NCBI GenBank assembly: GCA_012295275.1 | Contig: CM022669.1 | Location: 11,160,001 to 11,224,000 of the forward strand | Reading direction: 5' to 3' | Source: Chrysomallon squamiferum | Lineage: Eukaryota > Animalia > Mollusca | Length of the DNA: 64,000 bases | Shown: positions 55,216 to 64,000 of the stretch, in pieces | Layout of the letters: each line of letters opens with the position of its first letter | Numbering within the stretch: the stretch's first letter is position 1 | Made by a program: the position numbers and the translations under genes | Notes under the pieces: model-generated | What the model was told of the DNA's origin: nothing | What the model saw: the letters and a program-made list of their open reading frames with translations, nothing else | Database searches by the model: none

Positions 55216-58200
55216 TGATCTTTAACATCTGATATTTATCCTTTAGTGTCAGGCAATTTAACTATATCAAAAGAATTTAACATGATTAAGCTTGGCTTCC
55301 ATATCTGTACAGTATTCTGCAGACCAGTGATTTATTAAATTGAATTTAACCAAATCTCTTGTGCTTTTCAAATGAATTTTTGTCTGGTGTGAATGGCTGT
55401 AGGCCACATTTTAGGTTTCTACATCTTCATTACATGCTATAATCACTTGGCCACAGATCCTCAAGCCAATTCTGTTTTGTTATACATAAGTTAACATTGA
55501 GATGATTAATAAAATATAGAATCCATCCTTGTTATTCATATATTTAATTATATAGTTGAGACTACTCGTTAGTCTGTCTGCTATCTTATATAATTAGTCC
55601 TTTTTGCTAACAACCATTTGAACTGGTTATTCATTTCTACTTCTTTTGTTAAATGGAAATTCATTTTCGTATTATTATATTTATCATTATTTATCTTTAA
55701 ATTATTATTTACTTTAATAAAAAAAAAATAATAATAATAATTTGATTTATTATTCTTTTTTTATTTTCAATACCTTTAAGGATAATGAATTAATGTTTTT
55801 TCTTTAAATGTTCTTACTGATTTTCTTCTATGTATTTTTTGGGAGTCTTAATAGTTATTGTAATGTTTGATTTTTTCTTCTTTTTGTTTTCTTACTTTTA
55901 TTTATTTTTGTTTTTAATTTTTTATTGTTCTTAGTCAACTTATTGTTCGAATGAAATAGATCTTTTTTCTTTAATATCAAAAACAAAAAAAATACATGCA
56001 ATAGTTGTTAAAAATATTAATGACTTCAGAAACCGATAGTTTTCAGACTCAAACTATTAATTCCAGATCCAAAGCTTTCTTTTTTTCATTTGTTTATAAA
56101 CTTGTCTGTTTGACTCAGGTGTTGGCGACAGTTTGACAAATGGTCAGCCGATAGTGGTGTCGCTCGTGCCGTGTTTCTTCCAAATTAATTCTATTACAGA
56201 GACACTGAGCGATTTGTACTCAACAGAAATTGTTTAACAAAGCCAAAGAAATGAGAAACCAATAGTAATAGGCCAGTAAATTTTCTCACCTCTCAAAAAT
56301 TAGCAAGCATTTACTGATCTGAGTGTGGTAATTGGTTGCTTATAGGAATTAGCTTTACGGTGTTATTTTCGTTTTGTGTTCGTGTCAGCGACTCGGTAAA
56401 GTGATTGATTTTGTGAAAGTATCTGCTGCTAGTGTTAAAAGATTGGTTTCAAAATTTAATTTATTGTTTAAAGTTTATTTTAGTGTTAAAATGTACTAGT
56501 TAACACAGAACATGTCATCTTTATTGTTAAAATATGGGTTTCAGTCTTGTTTAATTAAAATGCAAATATATTCAGTGTGAAATGATTTTTTTAATTTTAG
56601 TTTTGGTTTTTTTTGGCTTAATCGGTTTTTTTTTTCTTTTTTTTCTATTTTGTTGAGAATTGGTGTTACTTTGTTGTCATTTTATATTTCTGTTACTGTC
56701 TTGAAGAACTTAATCTGTAGCTTGTAACCTATAAAAGTGTCTCAGTGCAGTCTTAAAAGTTTAGTTTTAGTGTTTAATTTTCTAGTCAAAGCACACAGCA
56801 ATGTCACCATTTTCTTCATAAAAATTTGATCTTCAGGATTTAATTAAATTAAAAAAGCAAATATATTCATTAAGTTCTGTATTTTAAAATTTTTTAATTT
56901 ATTTACTTTATTATTATTTTATTTTTTTTATTTTACTTTTTTTTTTTTGCATTGTTGTTTATTTGTTTTTATTTAATTGATTGTTTTCTTTCTTTCTTTT
57001 TATTTTTCTCTCCTTTCTTTTTTCTTCAAGGATTAATATCAGAGAATGTCATAAAATGTCACACAATTTGATTACATATAAAAAGTATTAGTTTTGTAAT
57101 TAAAAAATACACAGACAGAACAAAAGAATATAATTAGTATAAACTGAAAACATTTTAATTCATTTCTGTTTCTCATTTTAACAAATGGAGAGAAATATGA
57201 AACTTTAAAGGACAATAAATTATTGTAATCTTTGACATGCAAGTTATCAAATGATACAATGAAAAATAAGTAACAAATTAATGAGTGCAGTGTTTGGATC
57301 ATATTTCAGTGAATTCAGAGATTCAAAAATAATAAATGAGTGCTGTATTTAGATCATATTTCAGTAAATTCATAGATTTGAAAATAAATGAATGTAGTAT
57401 TAGAATCATATTTCATGTAAATGTGAGTATCTCTGTGTGTGTGTGTCTGTGTGTGTGTTTGTGTGCAAGATATTATGTCTATGTGACTGTGTGTGTGTGT
57501 GTGTGTGTGTCTGTATGTTTATGCATATCTGTGTATGTCAGCACCTGTGTATGTATGTGCCTGTGCACATTATGTGTATATGTGAACATCAGTATGTTCA
57601 TACACACCACCTTTTACATGCATATGTTCATCTAACAATTTGACAAATACGTTCCATACATTGAGTCTTTAATCACATCTGTCTAAGACACATTACTGAG
57701 GCTCCCAGTGAGTGTGTCTAAGACAGACATGTATATCTGTATTTGTGTGTGTGTCTGTGAGAAGTGGGCAGTTTTATGTGATAACCGATCACTTTCTGAA
57801 CTCCTGATTTCCCTCGAGTGGTTGCTCTAATGGTTGTAGAATGTATATTGACCTCCAAAACAACTTCATTAATTTCCTTCACACTAAACTTCATCTGACA
57901 GAGAGTGTATCATCTGACCTAATTGTTTCATAAAGCAATTTCTCTATTTTTTGAACAATAAAAGAAAAATGTTTTGTCCGGTTATAATATTTATTGATTG
58001 ATGTATTTAGTGATTTGGGATATTCAAGTTCTGAGGGGGTTTTATTTTTTTATTTTTTATTTTATTTTTGATCATGTGATGCTTTAATGAGAGATGATGG
58101 TGAATGATGCTTTCAAAAGGTCAAATATTAATTCTATTTATTTTTTTAATATGCTTTAATGATTAAGAAAAATAATAATAATAATAAAATCAAAAAAGGG

Positions 58201-59789
58201 AAAAAAAATTGCTGAATAATCCTTTCACAAAACAAAACCAACTCTTTTCATCTTTAGTATCTTTTAAAGGTTAATTTACAAAAAAAAACATTTTTATCTT
58301 TTTTATTCTAATCATGACATTTTAATATTCTCCTAATATGTTTTTAACTTATTATTTTACTTGAGTCTGAAATAAGAATTATCTCACTTTCCTTTTTTTA
58401 TTCTTTTTCTTTCAGCCGAGACAATGAAGGAAAAAATAACAATACCTTTTTCTTCTCATTTTCTCAAACGAATTTCAAGTAAAGTGAAAAGAGTAATTTG
58501 GTTTCAGAAAACAAAATTCAGTTCTGTTTCCACCATACTGAATTGTACAAAATAATTGAGTTAACACAACAGACACTCAAGTGAATTAGTCATTGTGTGT
58601 GTGTGGCATATTGGAAGAAAGAACAACAGTGAAATTATCACAAAGTCAAAAACAAAAATGTCTATCACTCTTTTTTTTCCCCCCTTTGCTCATGTATAAA
58701 GCCAACAGTTTCAAACAGGACATGTTTTTGGGGTAGTTTTTTTTTCACAATCCCTCTTGGACTGAACTGCCAACTTAATTAGCTTTACTGCAAAATTAGA
58801 TTCAGCATTTTGCTGAGGAGAAGAATATTACTGGAATATTGGACAAATGGTTTGCATTTCACTTGAGGCAGTCTGCCGTTCATTCCTACAGAGTCCTCAG
58901 TCCAACACAGACCAGTCCTCAGCTCTGTGTCATAGGAAACTGATAATCGCTGCAAAGACATGACAATCTTGCCAAGTAGAAACCAATTACCATCTTCGGC
59001 AAAGTTGCTATTGGCATGGGAGATCATGAGATAATTCTATAATTTACCACAGTATTAGAAGCGACACATAAGAGCTAGTAATTGGCAAACAAAACTGGAT
59101 TTTTATACAGTGTGGTTTACGTTCTGGACACATACTGTTGTTTAATATATATGCTAATAAAGAATATTTCTGATGAATTTGCTTTTTTTTATTTTTAATA
59201 TTTACAAAATATGTTGGATTGCAAAAAAGTGTATGAATTATCTGACATGTGTTGTTTGGGAATTGAGATAAGATCAAATATATATGTGTAAAATGTTATT
59301 ATATTCACAGTCAGTTAAAAATGTTTACTAGTTTTTTAAACATAAAATGTAAATAGAATATATAATAAAAATAGCCAACATATTTGAGGTCTACAGATCC
59401 AAATCCAGGGGTCACTTTACTATTTCATTTCCATGACTGGTAATTTATAAAAATCAGTTTTGCTCAGTGTTTCTTTTTAATGAAATCTGCAGATTTAAAA
59501 GACCACTAAAAATATCATGTAACATTGAAAAGAAGAAAAAAAAAAAAAAAAAAAAACATAGACAAAACACTCCTTTTGTTTTTCTTAATGAAATAGCATT
59601 CTAGTATAGTAAATGTCAAATTATAAGATTGAAAACAGTTTTACTTTCATCTCAACTGTCTCTGATCCAATTGACCTATATAAGAACTCACAACTGACAT
59701 TAATTACATCTAATTTACTATTATCCAGTGAACGTGTTGGCTTGCATTGATGAAATTACAACACTGAAAACAAGATATTTTCAATTACA

Positions 59790-60730
59790 GGTGATCCACT
59801 GAGGGTTGAAAGAACTGCCTTGTAACTCTGAAATAATATTTCAAAACTGGCTTAGTATAAGCTAAGTTATCAATGGACCAACTATCTTACAACTGTCAAC
59901 ACCAAAACTGGTTCAGCCTAATCTGAGTTATCCTGAAGCTTACAGCTATCAAATAACAACACCAAAAGTGGTTTAAGCTAATCTTTTTTACAACTGATCC
60001 AGTAAAAGTGTTGCCTTACACTAGTAACCTGTGAAACAGCAACATAACAAAATTAGTTTGGTGTAGTCTCAGTTAGCTCTGAAACTTACAACCATCAAAC
60101 TGCAAGATCAAAAGTGGCTTAGTCTAGTTATTAAATTACCTGTGGTCCAGTGAGAGAGTTGTATTCAACTAGTAATTGTGATACTACAACACTACAAAAC
60201 TGGCTTAGTATCATCTGAGTTATCTGTGAAGCAATTATCTTATAAATGTCAAATTTCCGCAGCTCAAAATTGGTTTAGAGTAATCAAAATTACTGTTAAT
60301 CCATTGAGAGTCTAGTCTTACACTAGGAACTGTGAAATTGAAAACAAAAACTGAATCAGACCAATCTAAATTATCACTGAAGCAATTATCAGACAAGTGT
60401 AAAATCAAAACTGGTTTAGTCTATCCAAATTTCCACCAATCAAATATGAGTGTTGCCTTGAACTAATAACTGTACAACTTGAACACCTCAAAGCTGGCTT
60501 AGTCTAATCTGAGTTATCACTGAAGCAATTTATCTTATAACAGCAAAACTGCAGTACTTCGAAACTGGCTTAATCAAGCTAAGTTACCACTAATCCGATA
60601 AGAGTGCAGCCTTATACTAATAATTGCAAAACATAAACACCTCAAAATCTGGCTTAAGTTAATCTGAATTACCACTGATCCAGTGAAAATATTGCCTTAT
60701 AGTAAAAAGCTGTGAAATTGCAACACTTCA
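59790..60730 (+). repeat. Diverged tandem repeat with alternating subunits (AAAACTGGCTTAGTCTAATCTGAGTTA core)
   Basis: The core recurs every ~55-75 bp, followed alternately by CACTGATCCAGT..GTTGCCTTA..CTAGTAACTGTGAAA or CTGAAGCAATTATC tails. Confidence 0.8.
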
Positions 60731-62624
60731 ACATATTTCACACTAAACTAAATTTCTGAGGATGACATTAAAACTGTCATAGTACAGGATACGGTCTAAG
60801 ACGCCCTATTTAATGGTGATGGTGTAGTCAGTGCTTTGTTCAAAAGGGACTCTGTTGGTGTTTAATGGTCTTTGATGTCATGACCACTGGTTTGGATTGT
60901 GTAATTGAATTTGCTCTACAGAGGGAAAGTGCTGGCATTAAACAACATTACCTTCTAACGCAGAGCAAATATTTATGATGGGTCAGCTTGGCTTGTGTGT
61001 GCATTGATTCAATTTGATAAAGTTGTTGATTCATTCTGCAAGCTGGACTTTGAAGTTCACACTTTTATTTCCATTTACTGTTGCTGTAATGGTAGAAAAA
61101 TAATGATAGAGAGCTGTCTAATTTAAGAGAGAACTTGTGTCCACAAATTTTATTTTCACATAATAAAAATAAAAAAATAAAAATAAAATTTTGGATATGT
61201 TACTCATTTTATTATTAACTATAAATTTCATCAATTTTGAATACAAAACTGAACTTTTTTTTTTATCAACTTTACATGTATAACCTGTCATTTTTTTATT
61301 TGTAACTTTATTTTTGTTTGTTTTTAGTCATATTTTTCCATTCCAACCAAAGCAGGAGCACTATTACCAGTAATTTTGTTAAGGAGTATGACAAATCATG
61401 CAGCAAAGCATCAGTTTTCTCTAATTGATTCAGTGGCTTTTTACTTCTTCATTCTATTGATTACTGCTGCTGGATCTCTTTATTATGGGAAGGAATTTAC
61501 ACTCAGACTACAAAGTGAAACATGAAACATACAACAGGGTTGGTTCCATTTGTCGATTACTAGAATACCACCAATCTCATGATTAAAAGACTTCTGTAAT
61601 GAACAATAGAAATTTAGCATGATTTTTTAAATTTATTATTAAAAAAAGATTCATTTGAAAGCACACATGGAAATTTATAACTATTAAAGTAATATCTGCA
61701 GATTCCTTACTTTTTAATATCTGCAGATTATTTACTTTCTAAATTTATGTTTTCATAGTTTTATTTATTTATTTATTTATTTATTTATTTCAGTCTGCTG
61801 ATTCTTGAATTTTATTTTTTATTATTATTTTTTTTACTCATCTTTTAAATTAATTTAAAGTTTTCAGATTTTTGTTTATATATTTACATATTTATTTACT
61901 TTTATTTACTTTCATATTGATTTGCTGATCAACAGTTTTATACTAGAATTTAATTAATTGTGAAAAAGAAATGAAAAACAAAACCATAAGTAGTTTTGCC
62001 AAAGAACTTGCAAACACACTTAAATACAAACACATTCTCGAACATCTCTCACAACACACACACACACACACACACATAAACACACACACATCCATATAAA
62101 CCTGCATACACATATTTTACTTTATAATATCATATTTCAGTTGAGGCTCTTAATACATGGAATAAAATGGAATAAAATATATCACCAAAGAAAACTGTAT
62201 TTCTGTTGGACTTGTTTACCTAATTTTCAACACATTCTGTAGGACTAGCCTTTATCTGTGTCCAGAAAACAAAGTTATTAATCAAACTTGGGGACCAGAC
62301 TGCTGAGCACTCTACTGCCAACATCACAACCACCACAACCTGCCAACATCGTTGACCTCACTGCCCTATGGACATTTATAAAGTTTTCTAATTACCATTG
62401 ACTATAACATAGAAATGCTTCATCTTCACCTTTGACCTCTTGGTCAACAGTAGGCAAACATTTGCATTCTTCTGATAGTATATTATAATTAACTATTTCC
62501 ATACTGTTGATGGTGCATGTAATTAATCATAGAACTGTATTGTACATCCACATATTTACTTGTTGGTGTATATGCAGAAGAGAGTCTGTAAGTTCTGTTG
62601 CTCTGTATGATTTCATATTGTGTT

Positions 62625-62862
62625 TGGAGTGTATGGGTTTTTAGTGGTTAGAGCTTTAGCCTAAGGTGTCACAGTTTGCAGATCAATCCTCTTCATCATT
62701 CCCTTTTTTTCATGTCTAGTTCCTAGTGATTGGTTTAATAAAGTGGTAAATACTTTCTTGTCTATGGGAAGGTAAAATTAAAAATATCTTTGTTGCTATT
62801 TAGTGAGAAGAACCAAGGAGAGTGGCAGCAGATTTATTCTTTAGTACCATTATGTAAGACAT
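62625..62862 (+). mobile_element. Degenerate tRNA-derived SINE, same family as ~53005
   Basis: Reads TTTAGTGGTTAGAGC...GATCAATCCTC...TGTCTATGGGAAGGTAAAATTAAAAATATCTTTGTTGCTA...GTGGCAGCAG. Confidence 0.5.
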
Positions 62863-64000
62863 AGAGAACACACACACAGACACAGACACACAAACACTCA
62901 TTAAAACACGTACATACACACGTACATATATACTACACATATGCATAAAGATATATATATATATATATATTCACATGCATAAACATAGACAGACTTACAC
63001 ATAGATACATATGTACACACAACAAAAAATATATATATACATACACACACACACATTTACAGAGATGCAAACACACATACACAAACACAAAAACCATACA
63101 CACACACACAAACACACTGATCATATCAAATAACCTGTCTAATCATAATAATCACTCATAACTGACTCGATTGCAAACTTGTTATAAGTAACTGATATTC
63201 TCTCAATTACCATTAAAAAAAAAATATATATATATATATACATACTGAACTTTATTAACGTATAGCCAAAATTTAAAAAAAAAGTGTTTTGTATGAGTTT
63301 CTGTGTGTGTGTGTGTGTGTGTGTTTGTGTTTGTGTATACACTTTCAAATGTGATGGAATATACAAATACCCTTTCATTCTAATCAATAATAACACAAGC
63401 CTAAATGTATATATGTATGTTATATGAATTATTTATGTTTTACAAATATAAATATGTATGTATGTATGTATGTATGTATGAATAAATATAATTGAATATA
63501 AATATATATGGATGTAGGTATATATGTATATATATGTGGATGTAGATATGTATATATCTATGCATTTATGTATGTATGAAGATATTCAATATGAGTAAAA
63601 CTGTCTTCCTCTCTGTTTTGGATTCAAAACTAATTATTTATGATTAGTCACAGGTATTAAAGAATCTATTTCAGACGAATATTGCAATGAACAATTAAGT
63701 TTACAATTAAGCAAATGAGAAGGTAAAAAAAGGTATTTTTATTTATTGACCACCTGGGAAATTTGAATTGCATTTATTGCAGGTGTTTGACAAATTACAA
63801 ATTTATGTATTCTGACAGCTGAACCAAGGGACCTTGTTGTGTTTCTGACATTTAAAAATAATAAATAAAGTAATAATAAAATGATGTGTTTTGTTTAATG
63901 GCTTCTATATAAAATTTGCATTGTTGATTTTTAAAAACAAATGAGGTTATCTGAGGGCACTGAAACCTAAAATAAACCTGTTTAAAAGTCTCAAAATTCT

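Noticed and set aside
58785-59277. Minus-strand ORFs as the missing Dpr-like signal-peptide exon
   Set aside because: There is no phase-1 donor in an open hydrophobic frame. The first exon probably lies beyond the window.

Overview
This is AT-rich eukaryotic (animal) genomic DNA, probably molluscan or another lophotrochozoan. That assignment is inferred from protein motifs and repeat style. The window is dense in microsatellites and minisatellites, and almost all ORFs in the supplied track are low-complexity artefacts. Two spliced genes can be rebuilt by hand with GT-AG boundaries and consistent intron phases. (1) A + strand gene with 7 coding exons (22575-31203) encodes a 3-Ig-domain, Ser/Thr-stalk, probably GPI-anchored protein of the DIP/Lachesin/IgLON type. 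(2) A - strand gene with 7 coding exons (54272-37450, including 45-, 24- and 21-nt microexons) encodes a 2-Ig-domain Dpr/ZIG-8-like protein. The two genes lie tail-to-tail about 6.2 kb apart, so they may be a physically linked receptor-ligand pair of neural wiring proteins. Other notable structure: a 9-copy tandem array of the DIP-like gene's splice acceptor, a gap-free 98-bp palindrome, and an RFX/CCAAT/CRE promoter-like cluster at about 34.1 kb that coincides with an apparent switch to CpG-depleted sequence. The Dpr-like gene may therefore be nested in the intron of a third gene. The signal-peptide exons of both genes were not identified with confidence.
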